Source: an uncultured Bacilli bacterium
GTDB taxonomy: Bacteria; Bacillota_I; Bacilli_A; RF39; UBA660
DNA: 58,099 nucleotides
Direction: 5' to 3'
NCBI GenBank assembly: GCA_944358695.1
Contig: CALVRM010000018.1
Coordinates: forward strand, 1-58,099
The position numbers and the translations under genes were made by a program. This document shows positions 38,558 through 49,704 of this stretch, in pieces. How positions within the stretch are numbered: position 1 is the first letter of the stretch; each line of letters starts with the position of its first letter. The notes beneath the pieces are model-generated. The model saw only the letters and a program-made list of their open reading frames with translations, did no database searches and was not told the origin of the DNA.

Positions 38558-39112
38558 ATGCATAACAAGAATATTTTGATTGGTGGTTTAATTGCAATTG
38601 TGGTGGTAATGGTCAGTGGATATGCAGCTTTTGCAACACAGTTAAATATCAATGGTACTGCAAATATTACTTCATCTTGGAATGTGGCTTTTGATACAAC
38701 GCAGACTTCAGCATATACTCCAACAACTGGGTTATCTGGTGCTACTGCTCCAACAGGGTCTATTGCTTTTACTGATGACCAAACTGCAAATTTAACGGCT
38801 AATCTTAATCAACCTGGTGATAAAATAGTATTTACTTTGACGGTAAAAAATACTGGGAATTTGAAAGCTAAATTGGAGGCGCCTACTTTAACCGGCACTT
38901 CATGTACGGTTAGTGATTTAACTTGTACAAGTGCAAGTGGTCATATTAAGTTTACGGTGACAAATCCAACTCCAACATCAATTGCGGCTACCACAGGTAC
39001 TGCCACAATTACAGTAACAGCTGAATATCCTAATACGACTGTTGAAGAAGCATCAACAGAATCAGCCTCAATTAAAGTATCATTAAATGCGACACAAGAT
39101 ACAAGTGCATAA
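38558..39112 (+). CDS. Secreted Thr/Ala-rich beta protein with SipW/TasA-like signal (GYAAF)
   Basis: Hydrophobic leader ending SGYAAF, then LNINGTA, LNQPGD and F.LTVKNTG; has its own promoter and terminator. Confidence 0.65.
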   Translation: MHNKNILIGGLIAIVVVMVSGYAAFATQLNINGTANITSSWNVAFDTTQTSAYTPTTGLSGATAPTGSIAFTDDQTANLTANLNQPGDKIVFTLTVKNTGNLKAKLEAPTLTGTSCTVSDLTCTSASGHIKFTVTNPTPTSIAATTGTATITVTAEYPNTTVEEASTESASIKVSLNATQDTSA

Positions 39113-39119
39113 GTGTTTA

Positions 39120-39150
39120 AAAAATTATCTAGTTTTCAGATAATTTTTTG
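39120..39150 (+). terminator. Intrinsic terminator
   Basis: aaaaattatct-agttttc-agataattttt. Confidence 0.6.
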
Positions 39151-39271
39151 TTTTTATTTAAAAATTTAATTAAATTATGGAAATTTTGTCTAGTGTAATA
39201 AAAAAAGAGTTAAAATGCTGTACAAACTCTAACGAAAAATGGTATAATTATAACTACATGGAGATGAGGCT

Positions 39272-40264
39272 ATGTTAGTTTTAGCAAAGGTAGTCATGGC
39301 TATAATGATTGGTTTTGTCTTTTCAGTATTTTTTGGCTATTTTGTGGTAAAATGGCTAAAAAAAGAGAAATTAGGGCAAAATGTAAGTAAGACACTAGGA
39401 AAACGTCATGAAGAAAAACAAGGAACACCGACGATGGGCGGAATTATGTTTATTATACCAACGCTTATTATTATGCTTGGGTTAATTTTAACTGATAAAG
39501 TCGATGTGACAGCCAATTTATTTGTTGTTTTATTTGTTTTTACAGCATATGCTTTATTGGGCTATATTGATGATTATTTGGTTGTCAAAAAGCATAATAA
39601 TAAAGGTTTATCGATTATTGTCAAATTATTTGCTCAATTGGTAATTGCCTTAGTATTTTTCTATATTTACTTAAGTAGTGGTAATGATCCAGTTTTAGAT
39701 ATTAATACTTTAGGTATTAAAATCAATCTGGGCTGGCTCTACGGTCTATTTTTACTATTTGTGCTAGTTGGAAGTAGTAATGCCGTAAATATTACTGATG
39801 GACTTGATGGCTTAGCCGGTGGGCTTTCGGCAATTGCTTTCTTTGCTTTTGGAATTATTAGCTGGGGTTCCCCATGGACTGTTGGTAATGAAGATATAGC
39901 AATTTTTTGTTTCGTTTTGGTGGGATCATTAGTGGGATTCTTAGTGTATAATAGTCATCCAGCTAAAGTTTTTATGGGTGATACGGGTTCATTAGCGCTA
40001 GGGGCAGCTTTAGGTAGTGTAGCTATTATTAGTAACCATGAGATTACACTAATTGTTGTGGCTGGTGTATTTATTATTGAAACTTTAAGTGTTATTATTC
40101 AGCTAGTGGCAATTAAAAAATTTCATAAAAAGGTGTTTTTGATGGCACCGTTACACCATCATTTTGAAAAACTAGGGTGGTCTGAAGTCGATATTGTAAG
40201 ATTGTTTTGGTCAGTAGGCTTAATACTTAGTATGGCGGCTATTGGCTTTGGTGTATGGTTATAA
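39272..40264 (+). CDS. mraY: Phospho-N-acetylmuramoyl-pentapeptide transferase
   Basis: KQGTPTMGG, GYIDD, NAVNITDGLDGLA, VFMGDTGS, APLHHHFE. Confidence 0.97.
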   Translation: MLVLAKVVMAIMIGFVFSVFFGYFVVKWLKKEKLGQNVSKTLGKRHEEKQGTPTMGGIMFIIPTLIIMLGLILTDKVDVTANLFVVLFVFTAYALLGYIDDYLVVKKHNNKGLSIIVKLFAQLVIALVFFYIYLSSGNDPVLDINTLGIKINLGWLYGLFLLFVLVGSSNAVNITDGLDGLAGGLSAIAFFAFGIISWGSPWTVGNEDIAIFCFVLVGSLVGFLVYNSHPAKVFMGDTGSLALGAALGSVAIISNHEITLIVVAGVFIIETLSVIIQLVAIKKFHKKVFLMAPLHHHFEKLGWSEVDIVRLFWSVGLILSMAAIGFGVWL

Positions 40265-40278
40265 AGGGAGGAAGAAAA

Positions 40279-41535
40279 ATGAGTAGAATAAAAGAAATAG
40301 AAATTAAAGTAGAAGGAAATGAATGGGAAGAGGCTCAAGACAAAGCTTATAAAAAGGCTAATCAAAAAGTAAAAATTGATGGTTTTAGACAAGGTAAGGC
40401 ACCTAAAGACATTTTCTTAAAGAAATATGGAAAAGAAGCTTTATTTATGGATGCTGCTGACATTGTAATTGAAAAAGCTTATGGAAAAATGCTTGAAGAT
40501 AATAAGGATGTAATTACTGAGCTGGTGGCTAAACCGGATATTGAATTAAAGAGCATCGATGAAAAAAGTGTAGAGTTTAAATTTGTTCTTACTTTAAAAC
40601 CTGAAGTTAAATTAGGGAAATATAAGAATTTAGATATTAAAAAGGAAAAAGCCGAAGTTACAAAGGAAGAAATTGAAGAAGCAATTAACAATATGCGTCA
40701 AAGATTCGCTGAAAACGTTCTTAAAGAAGGCGAAATTGTTGAAGGCGATGTTGCTATTATCGATTTTGAAGGTTTTGTTGATGGTAAAGCTTTCGATGGT
40801 GGTAAAGGTGAAAATTATTCTTTGACAATTGGTAGTGGAACTTTTATTCCAGGATTTGAGGACCAATTAATTGGGCTTAAATCAGGCGATGAAAAAGACG
40901 TAGTAGTTACTTTCCCAGAAGACTATCATGCGGAAGATTTAAAAGGTAAAGAGGCGACATTCAAAGTTAAGGTTCACGAGGTTAAAGAAATTTCTGTTCC
41001 AGAGTTAGATGAGGATTTCTTTGCTGATTTAGGAATGGAAGGCATTGATACTAAGGAAAAATTAGAAGCTGAAATTTCAGACAATATTTTGTCTCATAAA
41101 GAGAGTGAAATTGAAAATAAATTTATGGATGCGTTATTAGAGGAAGCTGCTAAGGGGGTTGAAGTTGAGATTCCAGAGGTAATGATCAGTGAAGAATTAG
41201 ATCGCATGGTCTCTCAATATCGTGAGCATTTACAAATGCAAGGTATTTCCCTTGAACAATTTTATCAATTTACTAATTCAAATGAAGAAGCTTTACGTGA
41301 TCAAATGCGCGAAGAAGCAACTAAGAGAATTACTTATAGACTTATGCTTGAAGAAATTGCTAAAAATGAAAAAATTGAAATTTCTGATGAAGATGCTGCT
41401 AAGGAAGCTGAAAAAATGGCTGAGAAATATCAAATGGATAAAGAAGAATTTCTTAAACTATTTGGTGGCTTAGAAATGGTTAAATACGACATGGAAATGC
41501 GTAAGGCTATGGAAATTATTAAGGGTGAAAAGTAG
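40279..41535 (+). CDS. tig: Trigger factor
   Basis: GFRQGKAP ribosome-binding loop, FKBP domain (IDFEG..DG.AFDGG, FIPGFEDQL, FPEDYHA). Confidence 0.97.
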   Translation: MSRIKEIEIKVEGNEWEEAQDKAYKKANQKVKIDGFRQGKAPKDIFLKKYGKEALFMDAADIVIEKAYGKMLEDNKDVITELVAKPDIELKSIDEKSVEFKFVLTLKPEVKLGKYKNLDIKKEKAEVTKEEIEEAINNMRQRFAENVLKEGEIVEGDVAIIDFEGFVDGKAFDGGKGENYSLTIGSGTFIPGFEDQLIGLKSGDEKDVVVTFPEDYHAEDLKGKEATFKVKVHEVKEISVPELDEDFFADLGMEGIDTKEKLEAEISDNILSHKESEIENKFMDALLEEAAKGVEVEIPEVMISEELDRMVSQYREHLQMQGISLEQFYQFTNSNEEALRDQMREEATKRITYRLMLEEIAKNEKIEISDEDAAKEAEKMAEKYQMDKEEFLKLFGGLEMVKYDMEMRKAMEIIKGEK

Positions 41536-41756
41536 TAATTACTACTTTTTTTTGTACATTGGAATTTTATAGATTACCAAAAACATTTGATAATGATTAA
41601 GAAAATTATTACAACAATTTAATAGTCAATATTGAACCGAACTGTAAAACGATAAAACCTAGCATGAACTAGGTTTTAAAATGGAAATTTTATTTCCCCA
41701 TACAAATGTATGGAATTTGTTTTTAATTTATTATATAATTTAAGTAGGGTGATAGT

Positions 41757-43904
41757 ATGTATGCACAAGTATTGGTTGAAATAAAGGCAAAAGCTATTGA
41801 TAAAACTTTTACATACAAAATTCCAGAAGGAATGATTATAAAAGTTGGAATGCGCGTTTTAGTTCCTTTTGGCAAAAGAACTATTGAAGGTTTTGTTTTA
41901 AAAATAGAAGAATCCGGTGATTTTGATTATGAAGTTAAAGATATTATTATGGTTATTGACGATAGCCCGGTTATTAATGAAGAAATGTTAGAGCTTGGCA
42001 AATATATTAGTAAAAAAACATTATCACCTTTAATTATGGCTTATCAAGCTATGTTACCAACGGCCTTAAAAGCACGCCATAAGGGAAAAGTTAATAAAAA
42101 ATATATAACAATTTTACAAATTATTAAAGAAGAAAATTTACAAGGTAAGCAATTAGAAATATATAATTTAATTAAAAATGGTAAGAACAATAAAAGCGAG
42201 CTTAATAAAATATCTAGTTATGCGGTTAAAAAACTAATAGAAAATGGGATAGTTCAAGAGGTAAAAAAAGAAGTTTATAGAACAAATGCGGAAGAAAAAG
42301 GAGACATCGAAGATCCTATTTTAACAGAGGAACAAAAAAATGTAATTAGTAAAATTTCCTTTGATGAATTTAATCCATATTTGCTTTATGGAGTTACTGG
42401 TAGTGGCAAAACATTGGTTTATATAAAAGTTATTGAACAGGTTTTACAACTAAAAAAAGAAGCGATCTTATTGGTTCCAGAAATAAGTTTAACACCCCAG
42501 GTTGTTGATATTTTTAGAAAACGTTTTGGGAAAATAGTGGCAATATTGCATAGTGGACTTAGTGATGGAGAAAAGTATGATGAATGGCGAAAAATTGCGA
42601 AAGGTGAAGTTTCTATTGTTATTGGCGCAAGAAGTGCGATTTTCGCACCGTTTACTAATTTAGGAGTTATTATTATTGATGAGGAGCATTCAGTAACTTA
42701 TAAGCAGGAAAATACACCTAAATATAATACAATAGATGTGGCAATTAGAAGAGCTAAAACTTATAATATTCCCTTAATTTTAGGTAGTGCGACGCCTTCA
42801 GTTGAAAGTTATACGAGGGCTCTTACTGGGACTTATGAACTTTTAGAGATGAAAAATAGGGTTAATCATAATTTACCTAAAGTTACTTTAGTTGATATGA
42901 AAGAGGAATTTAAGAAAGGTAATAGAATATTTTCGGATTTATTTAAAGAAAAAGTAAACAAGGCCTTAGAACGTGAAGAGCAAGTTATTATTTTACTAAA
43001 TAGGCGAGGTTTTTCTACGGTCATCACTTGTAAGGAATGTGGGTTTACGCATAAATGCCCAAGATGTGATATTCTTTTAACTTATCATAAAAGTACTAAT
43101 AGTATGAAATGTCATTATTGTAATTATACAGCGCCGAAATTAAATACGTGTCCTGAATGTCATGGTAAAAATATTAATGCTTTAGGGATGGGCACCGAAC
43201 GATTAGAAAGTTTAATTAATGAACAATTTCCTTTGGCTAAGACAGTTAGAATGGATGTTGATACGACTAAAAATAAAGGGGCACACGCTAAAATAATCGC
43301 GGCTTTTCGCGAGGGTAAATATAATGTGTTAGTGGGGACACAAATGATATCTAAAGGGCTTGATTTTCCCAATGTTACTTTAGCTTGTGTAGTTAGTGGA
43401 GATAGTTCACTAAATATTCCAGATTTTAGAAGCGCCGAAAGGACTTATCAACTTTTAAATCAGATTGCTGGCAGGGCCGGACGGGCTTCTAAAAAAGGCG
43501 AAGTTATTATGCAAGGCTTTAATATGGAACATTATAGCATCGTGGCCGCTAGTAAACATGATTATAATAGTTTTTATCGTGAAGAAATGAAAATCAGGAA
43601 AAAACTTAAATATCCACCATTTTATAATTTAGCTTATATTAAAATAAGTGGGAAAAAATATGACGTGGTTATGGAAGAAGCTTCTAAGATAGCTATTTAT
43701 TTGAAAAATGAACTTTTTAATAGTATTATTTTGGGTCCAAGTACGGCTAATGTACCAAAGGTTAATAATATATATTACGTAGGAATAATTATAAAATTTA
43801 AAAATACTGTGGAAATTATGGAACCTTTAGTGTTTATTAATAGAAAATATAGTACAAATAATAAAGTTATGGTAGAAGTGGATTTAAATCCGGTAAAAAT
43901 ATAG
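41757..43904 (+). CDS. priA: Primosomal protein N'
   Basis: GVTGSGKT, VPEISLTPQ, DEEH, SATPS, NRRGF, four CxxC pairs, GRAGR. Confidence 0.97.
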   Translation: MYAQVLVEIKAKAIDKTFTYKIPEGMIIKVGMRVLVPFGKRTIEGFVLKIEESGDFDYEVKDIIMVIDDSPVINEEMLELGKYISKKTLSPLIMAYQAMLPTALKARHKGKVNKKYITILQIIKEENLQGKQLEIYNLIKNGKNNKSELNKISSYAVKKLIENGIVQEVKKEVYRTNAEEKGDIEDPILTEEQKNVISKISFDEFNPYLLYGVTGSGKTLVYIKVIEQVLQLKKEAILLVPEISLTPQVVDIFRKRFGKIVAILHSGLSDGEKYDEWRKIAKGEVSIVIGARSAIFAPFTNLGVIIIDEEHSVTYKQENTPKYNTIDVAIRRAKTYNIPLILGSATPSVESYTRALTGTYELLEMKNRVNHNLPKVTLVDMKEEFKKGNRIFSDLFKEKVNKALEREEQVIILLNRRGFSTVITCKECGFTHKCPRCDILLTYHKSTNSMKCHYCNYTAPKLNTCPECHGKNINALGMGTERLESLINEQFPLAKTVRMDVDTTKNKGAHAKIIAAFREGKYNVLVGTQMISKGLDFPNVTLACVVSGDSSLNIPDFRSAERTYQLLNQIAGRAGRASKKGEVIMQGFNMEHYSIVAASKHDYNSFYREEMKIRKKLKYPPFYNLAYIKISGKKYDVVMEEASKIAIYLKNELFNSIILGPSTANVPKVNNIYYVGIIIKFKNTVEIMEPLVFINRKYSTNNKVMVEVDLNPVKI

Positions 43905-43948
43905 TTATTTATTTTAAAATGTGTTAAAATTAAAGATAGGGTGATGAT

Positions 43949-44905
43949 ATGGATTTTGATAAAATTGAAGTAAAAAAAGACCCAGTTATTATTTTTATGG
44001 GGACTCCAGAATTTAGTGTTCCGGTGCTTGAGGGTTTGATAGCTAATTATAAAATTAGAGCAATTGTGACTCAGCCTGATAAACCTTACGGCCGAAATGG
44101 GATCTTAAAAGCTTCGCCGATTAAAGAGGTGGCGATTAAGCATAACATTTTATGTTTGCAACCTGAGAAAATTAAAGATGCATTGCAAGAAATAAATGCT
44201 TTGGAACCTGATTTAATTATAACTTGTGCTTATGGTAAAATTTTGCCATTAGAGCTATTATTAATTCCGAAGTTAGGATGTATTAATGTTCATGCTTCAT
44301 TACTTCCGAAACTTCGCGGTGGGGCGCCAATTCACCATGCTATAATTGATGGCTATTCTAAAACCGGTGTAACAATTATGTATATGTCTGAACAGATGGA
44401 TGCGGGAGATATAATTAGTCAAGAAATAGTGGAAATTACTCAAGCAGATACGGCTTCTAGTTTGCATGATAAATTAAAAGTCGTTGGTCGCGATTTACTT
44501 TTAAAAACTTTGCCGAGTATTTTAGCTGGGACTAATAATCGCTTAAAACAAGATGAGTCCGAAGTTACTTATGGTTTTGTTATTAAAAGAGAGGACGAGA
44601 AGTTAGATTTTTCTAAAACAAAACGAGAAATTATTAACCAAATTCGCGGTTTAAATGCTTGGCCAGGGGCTTATTGTTATTTTGAGGAAAAGATAATGAA
44701 AGTATGGCAGGCTTATCGCACGGATAATTTATTTGAGCTTGCTTATCCTGGGGAAATTACGGCTATTTATAATGATGGTTTTGGGGTAAAAGTATCAAAC
44801 GGTGAGGTTGTTTTTACAGAAATTCAATTAGAAGGCAAAGGTAAAATAAAGGCGGTTGATTTTATTCATGGCCATCCAGATTTAATTGGTAAGATATTGA
44901 GGTAG
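43949..44905 (+). CDS. fmt: Methionyl-tRNA formyltransferase
   Basis: FMGTPEF, TQPDKP, INVHASLLP..RGGAP, MDAGD. Confidence 0.97.
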   Translation: MDFDKIEVKKDPVIIFMGTPEFSVPVLEGLIANYKIRAIVTQPDKPYGRNGILKASPIKEVAIKHNILCLQPEKIKDALQEINALEPDLIITCAYGKILPLELLLIPKLGCINVHASLLPKLRGGAPIHHAIIDGYSKTGVTIMYMSEQMDAGDIISQEIVEITQADTASSLHDKLKVVGRDLLLKTLPSILAGTNNRLKQDESEVTYGFVIKREDEKLDFSKTKREIINQIRGLNAWPGAYCYFEEKIMKVWQAYRTDNLFELAYPGEITAIYNDGFGVKVSNGEVVFTEIQLEGKGKIKAVDFIHGHPDLIGKILR

Positions 44906-44913
44906 GATTTAGA

Positions 44914-45615
44914 ATGTTTAAAAGAATAAGAGAGAGCGAAAGATATATAAAATTAAAAGAACTATGGACTAATCCTAAAACTCATGCGATGATGGTCCTA
45001 GCTTTTTGGTTAATATTTATGGTGGTTGCGATTGTTTTAGTTAGAGTAATGTCTCATACATCGGTGTCAACTAGTAAGGTCGAAAATGTGGCGACTAGTT
45101 TTGCTAATATTACAGGATATGATTTTACCTATAAAACTAATAACGAGGAAATTAATGGATCTTATTATGACGGTGCGATAATATTTTACTTAAATAATAA
45201 ACGTTATTACTATAAGGACAATGTTTATTTAATTGATGATGAAGTTCAAAAAGTAGAAGGTTTTGATTTAAATGTTTTAAAATTAAATAGTAAATTACTC
45301 AATAATTTAGTAAGTGGGATAACTCCAGCTTTAAATGATAATTTTAAACAATATATAGTGCCATTAGATCGATTTATTAACTTGTATGAAGTAGATACGG
45401 ATATGGATTTATCACAAGCCGCAACTTATAATGTGGTAGTAAGTGTTTATACAAATAATAAGGTGATAAATAAAGTTGTTTTAGATTTATCTAGTTATTA
45501 TACTATGAAAACAGGCGCTAGCGCTAGTTATCCGGTGACCATTAATTATTATAATGTAAATAATGTATCAGATTTTACAAGTGGATATGATGAATTAATA
45601 GAGGTGAAAAAATGA
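44914..45615 (+). CDS. Hypothetical single-TM protein
   Basis: N-terminal TM helix and beta-rich extracytoplasmic domain; co-oriented after fmt. Confidence 0.7.
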   Translation: MFKRIRESERYIKLKELWTNPKTHAMMVLAFWLIFMVVAIVLVRVMSHTSVSTSKVENVATSFANITGYDFTYKTNNEEINGSYYDGAIIFYLNNKRYYYKDNVYLIDDEVQKVEGFDLNVLKLNSKLLNNLVSGITPALNDNFKQYIVPLDRFINLYEVDTDMDLSQAATYNVVVSVYTNNKVINKVVLDLSSYYTMKTGASASYPVTINYYNVNNVSDFTSGYDELIEVKK

Positions 45616-45920
45616 CAGTACAACTTATAATATTTTTAATTGCTTTAGTAGCAGTAATTTTCTTTTTTAAAAATTTTAATGCAAGTGTATATTTTATTGT
45701 GATGATTGATATATTCTTGCGTGTTATTACGTATTTAAAGATAAACTATTTAAGAGACGATGCGTTTAGTTTCTTTAATGTGATTCCGGCAAGTGTTTTG
45801 GATATTTTTAATGGTTTTGATCTTGGAGTCTTTAATGAAATACTAGTGGCTATATATATTGTGATTTATATTGTTTTTGAAGTATTACTTATTAGACTAT
45901 TTATCAAAAAGAAATTTTAG
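45612..45920 (+). CDS. Small hypothetical membrane protein
   Basis: ATGA overlap with the upstream gene; three hydrophobic segments. Confidence 0.7.
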   Translation: MTVQLIIFLIALVAVIFFFKNFNASVYFIVMIDIFLRVITYLKINYLRDDAFSFFNVIPASVLDIFNGFDLGVFNEILVAIYIVIYIVFEVLLIRLFIKKKF

Positions 45921-45945
45921 AATCAAAATAATTTGATTCTTTTTA
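45919..45945 (+). terminator. Intrinsic terminator
   Basis: agaatcaaa-ataa-tttgattct plus T run. Confidence 0.65.
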
Positions 45946-45965
45946 AAAAGGGTAATTTATTATAT

Positions 45966-45979
45966 AGAACAAATGTATC
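45966..45979. promoter_or_regulatory. Possible LexA (Cheo) box upstream of ruvA
   Basis: aGAACaaatGTATc versus GAAC-N4-GTTC; right half-site imperfect. ruvAB is SOS-regulated in B. subtilis. Confidence 0.35.
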
Positions 45980-46026
45980 TATCTTTAAACTGTTTATTGT
46001 GATATAATGTATATGGTGATGGTAGT

Positions 46027-46578
46027 ATGTATGCGTATATTAAGGGACAAGTAAAAGATGTTGATAGTAATTATATTGTTCTAGATAATGGTGGTGTTGG
46101 CTATTTAATTTATACAGCAAACCCTTATTCATTTGATGTTGATAAAGAATATACAATTTATTTATATCAATATGTTAGAGAAGATGAAATAAGTTTATAT
46201 GGTTTTAAAACGTTGGAAGAAAAAAAATTATTTTTAAAATTAATTGGTGTTAAAGGTTTAGGATGTAAAATGGCTTTGCCAATGATTGCTTTGGGTTCAC
46301 CGGATGGAATTATTGATGCAATTGAAAGAGAGAATGTTTTATATCTTAAGAAATTTCCAAAGATCGGGGATAAAGTAGCTCGGCAAATTATCTTGGATTT
46401 AAAGGGTAAATTGGTGGCTAACAATGAGGTTTTGGCCAATAATAACGATGAATTAGCTGAAGCGTTAAGAGGATTGGGCTACAAAAATAGTGATATAAGT
46501 AAAGTTGTGAAGCAAATAAATAGCACCGATGAAATTGAAGTACAAATAAAAGAAGCTTTAAGATTATTGTTAAAATAA
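46027..46578 (+). CDS. ruvA: Holliday junction branch migration protein RuvA
   Basis: YIKG, GGVGY, VREDEISLYGF, VKGLGCK, PKIGDKVARQIILDLK. Confidence 0.96.
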   Translation: MYAYIKGQVKDVDSNYIVLDNGGVGYLIYTANPYSFDVDKEYTIYLYQYVREDEISLYGFKTLEEKKLFLKLIGVKGLGCKMALPMIALGSPDGIIDAIERENVLYLKKFPKIGDKVARQIILDLKGKLVANNEVLANNNDELAEALRGLGYKNSDISKVVKQINSTDEIEVQIKEALRLLLK

Positions 46579-46597
46579 TGATTTTTAGGAGGTCAAT

Positions 46598-47602
46598 ATG
46601 GATGAGAGAATAGTTACTAATCATGAACTTGCAGAAGATACTTTTGAGGGAACAATAAGGCCTGATAGTATCGATGAATATATTGGTCAAAGTGAAGTTA
46701 AAGATAATTTGAATGTCTTTATTAAAGCAGCTAAAATGCGCGATGAAGCTTTAGATCATGTTTTACTTTATGGACCTCCTGGTCTTGGGAAAACAACGAT
46801 GGCCTATATTATTGCTAATGAGTTAGGTAGTAACATTAAAACTACTAGTGGTCCGGCTATTGAAAAAAGTGGGGATTTAGCGGCAGTGTTATCTACTTTG
46901 GAACCGGGCGATGTATTGTTTATTGATGAAATTCATCGTATTCCCAGATATATTGAAGAGATCTTATATTCAGCGATGGAGGATTTTACTTTAGATATAA
47001 TTGTCGGTAGTGATTCTTCAAGCCGAAATATTAGAATAGATTTGCCTCCGTTTACTTTAGTAGGGGCAACAACTAGGGCTGGTGATTTAACTGGTCCATT
47101 ACGTGATAGATTTGGAATTATTTCAAAGCTTAATTACTATACGGAAGAAGAGTTAACGCAAATTGTTTTAAGGACAAGTAGGGTCTTAGATTGTTCGATT
47201 GATGAAGCTGCGGCTGTTGAGCTTGCTCGTAGGAGTCGTGGGACCCCAAGGATTGCTAATAGGCTATTTAAACGAGTACGCGACTATGCTTTAGTAATGG
47301 GCAATGGTAATATTGATTTGCAAATTACCAAACTAGCTTTAGACAAATTAAAAGTTGATGCATTTGGTTTAGATGAGACAGATTACAATTTATTGAAATC
47401 AATTATTGAAAAATTCAATGGTGGTCCAGTTGGTATTGATTCGTTAGCTTCTTCGATTGGCGAGGAAGTGACGACGATTGAGGATGTGTACGAACCATAT
47501 TTATTGCAAAATGGCTTTTTAAAAAGAACAAGTCGTGGTAGAATAGTTACAGAGAAGGCTTATGAGCATTTAAAAATAAATAGACAAGGTAATTTATTTT
47601 AA
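46598..47602 (+). CDS. ruvB: Holliday junction helicase RuvB
   Basis: [45 protein letters not shown]. Confidence 0.98.
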   Translation: MDERIVTNHELAEDTFEGTIRPDSIDEYIGQSEVKDNLNVFIKAAKMRDEALDHVLLYGPPGLGKTTMAYIIANELGSNIKTTSGPAIEKSGDLAAVLSTLEPGDVLFIDEIHRIPRYIEEILYSAMEDFTLDIIVGSDSSSRNIRIDLPPFTLVGATTRAGDLTGPLRDRFGIISKLNYYTEEELTQIVLRTSRVLDCSIDEAAAVELARRSRGTPRIANRLFKRVRDYALVMGNGNIDLQITKLALDKLKVDAFGLDETDYNLLKSIIEKFNGGPVGIDSLASSIGEEVTTIEDVYEPYLLQNGFLKRTSRGRIVTEKAYEHLKINRQGNLF

Positions 47603-47656
47603 GTAGTACTGAATACTTTAGTATTCGGTTTTCTATTTTGTAGAAAGAGTGATAAA

Positions 47657-48682
47657 ATGACAACTGAGGATTTTGATTTTGATTTGCCCGATTATTTAAT
47701 CGCGCAGAGGCCGCTTGAGAAAAGAGATGCTTCAAAGTTGCTTGTTTTGGATAGAAAAACGGGGACAATAGAGCATAAGCATTTTACCGATATTTTAGAT
47801 TATATAGCTCCTGGTGATACTTTAGTTTTGAATGATACTAAGGTTATTCCAGCAAGATTAATGGGAGTTAAGGCTGATACTGGAGCTGTAATTGAAATGC
47901 TTATGCTTAAGGAAACTTCTAAAGATGTTTGGGAATGTTTAACTAAACCAGCCAAGAGAATTAAAGAAGGAACTTTAGTAAATTTTGGTGATGGTAAGTT
48001 ACAAGCTGAATGTGTGAAGGTTGGCGATGAAGGCATTCGTTATTTTAAGTTGATTTATAAAGGGATTTTATATGAAGTTTTGGATGAATTAGGTGAAATG
48101 CCACTTCCACCTTATATTCATGAGAAGCTTGAAGATCAAAATCGATACCAGACGGTTTATGCTAAACATATTGGTAGCGCGGCAGCACCAACAGCTGGAC
48201 TTCATTTTACACCTGAGTTATTAAAACAAGCTGAAATGAAAGGCATAAATATTGCTTATATTACTCTGCACGTTGGGCTTGGAACTTTTAGACCGGTTTC
48301 CGTAACGAATGTTAATGAACATAAAATGCATAGTGAGTTTTATATTATGAGCAATGAAACTGCGGATTTGCTTAATAGAACTAAGGAATCTGGGCATAAA
48401 ATTATAAGTGTTGGAACGACAACTACCCGAACATTAGAAACAGTGATGAATTTATATGGGGTGTTTAAAGCTAGTAGTGGTTTTACGGATATATTTATTT
48501 ACCCCGGATATAAATTTAAGGGAATTGATCAATTAATTACTAATTTTCATTTGCCAAAATCAACTTTAATTATGTTGGTTAGTGCTTTGGCGGGAAAAGA
48601 TAATATTATGAAAGCTTATAATATTGCTGTTAAAGAAAAATATCGCTTTTTTTCGTTTGGCGATAGTATGTTTATAAAGTAG
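47657..48682 (+). CDS. queA: SAM:tRNA ribosyltransferase-isomerase
   Basis: [54 protein letters not shown]. Confidence 0.98.
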   Translation: MTTEDFDFDLPDYLIAQRPLEKRDASKLLVLDRKTGTIEHKHFTDILDYIAPGDTLVLNDTKVIPARLMGVKADTGAVIEMLMLKETSKDVWECLTKPAKRIKEGTLVNFGDGKLQAECVKVGDEGIRYFKLIYKGILYEVLDELGEMPLPPYIHEKLEDQNRYQTVYAKHIGSAAAPTAGLHFTPELLKQAEMKGINIAYITLHVGLGTFRPVSVTNVNEHKMHSEFYIMSNETADLLNRTKESGHKIISVGTTTTRTLETVMNLYGVFKASSGFTDIFIYPGYKFKGIDQLITNFHLPKSTLIMLVSALAGKDNIMKAYNIAVKEKYRFFSFGDSMFIK

Positions 48683-48690
48683 GTGATAAG

Positions 48691-49563
48691 ATGGTTATAG
48701 TTATAACAGGACCAACGGGAACGGGGAAAACAGAGCTTAGTTTGTTTTTAGCAAAGAAGTTAAAAGGCGAAATTGTAAATGCTGATAGTACGCAATTTTA
48801 TAAAGATTTAAATATTGCGACTAATAAGGTGACAGATAAAAAAGGTATTGTGCACCATTTATTTGATATTGTAGATATTACGAAAGATTATACGGTTTTT
48901 GATTATCAACGGGATGCTAGAGCATGTATCGCTGATATTTTAAATCGAGGTAAAACGCCCATTTTAGTTGGGGGCTCTGGATTATATATTAAGGCAGCTT
49001 TATATAACTATGAATTTGCGGATAAAGAAAAAAAAGATTATGAAGGTGTTAGTAATGACGAGCTATATAAAAGGTTATTAGAAGTTGATCCTGATACAAA
49101 AATTCATTTAAATAATAGAGTTAGGGTAATAAGTGCTTTAAATTATTACGAAGCAAATCGTCGGCCATATAGTGAAAAGGCAAAGAGCGAAAAACTACTA
49201 TATGATACTTTGTTTATTGGCTTAACAGCGGAACGCGATATATTGTATTATAAAATAAATAAACGAGTTGAAATGATGGTGGAAGAAGGGTTATTGGAAG
49301 AAGCTAGGAATATTTATGACTCGCAAATTAGAACTAAAGCAGTGATGACACCCATTGGTTATAAAGAATTGTTTGATTATTTTGAAGGGAAAAAGGATTT
49401 GAATGAGTGTTTAGATTTAATTAAACAGAAAAGCCGTAATTATGCGAAGAGACAATATACATGGTTTAATAATCAAATGAATTTAAAATGGTTTCATGTA
49501 GATTATGAAAATTTTGATAATACAGAAAACGATGTATTAGAATATATTACTAATAGGAAATAG
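48691..49563 (+). CDS. miaA: tRNA dimethylallyltransferase
   Basis: GPTGTGKT, DSTQFYK, HHLFD, VGGSGLY, IGYKE, YAKRQYTWF. Confidence 0.96.
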   Translation: MVIVITGPTGTGKTELSLFLAKKLKGEIVNADSTQFYKDLNIATNKVTDKKGIVHHLFDIVDITKDYTVFDYQRDARACIADILNRGKTPILVGGSGLYIKAALYNYEFADKEKKDYEGVSNDELYKRLLEVDPDTKIHLNNRVRVISALNYYEANRRPYSEKAKSEKLLYDTLFIGLTAERDILYYKINKRVEMMVEEGLLEEARNIYDSQIRTKAVMTPIGYKELFDYFEGKKDLNECLDLIKQKSRNYAKRQYTWFNNQMNLKWFHVDYENFDNTENDVLEYITNRK

Positions 49564-49704
49564 GCACTATTAGTAATTTTTTTGTTTAGATTTTTTTATT
49601 AAAAATAAACTATCTGATAGGTTTTATTGTTTCATAGTTGGATGTTAGTGGTGTTTTAGGCTGTTAAGTTTTATTATATTTAAAATAGCATTAAAAAAAA
49701 ATAG

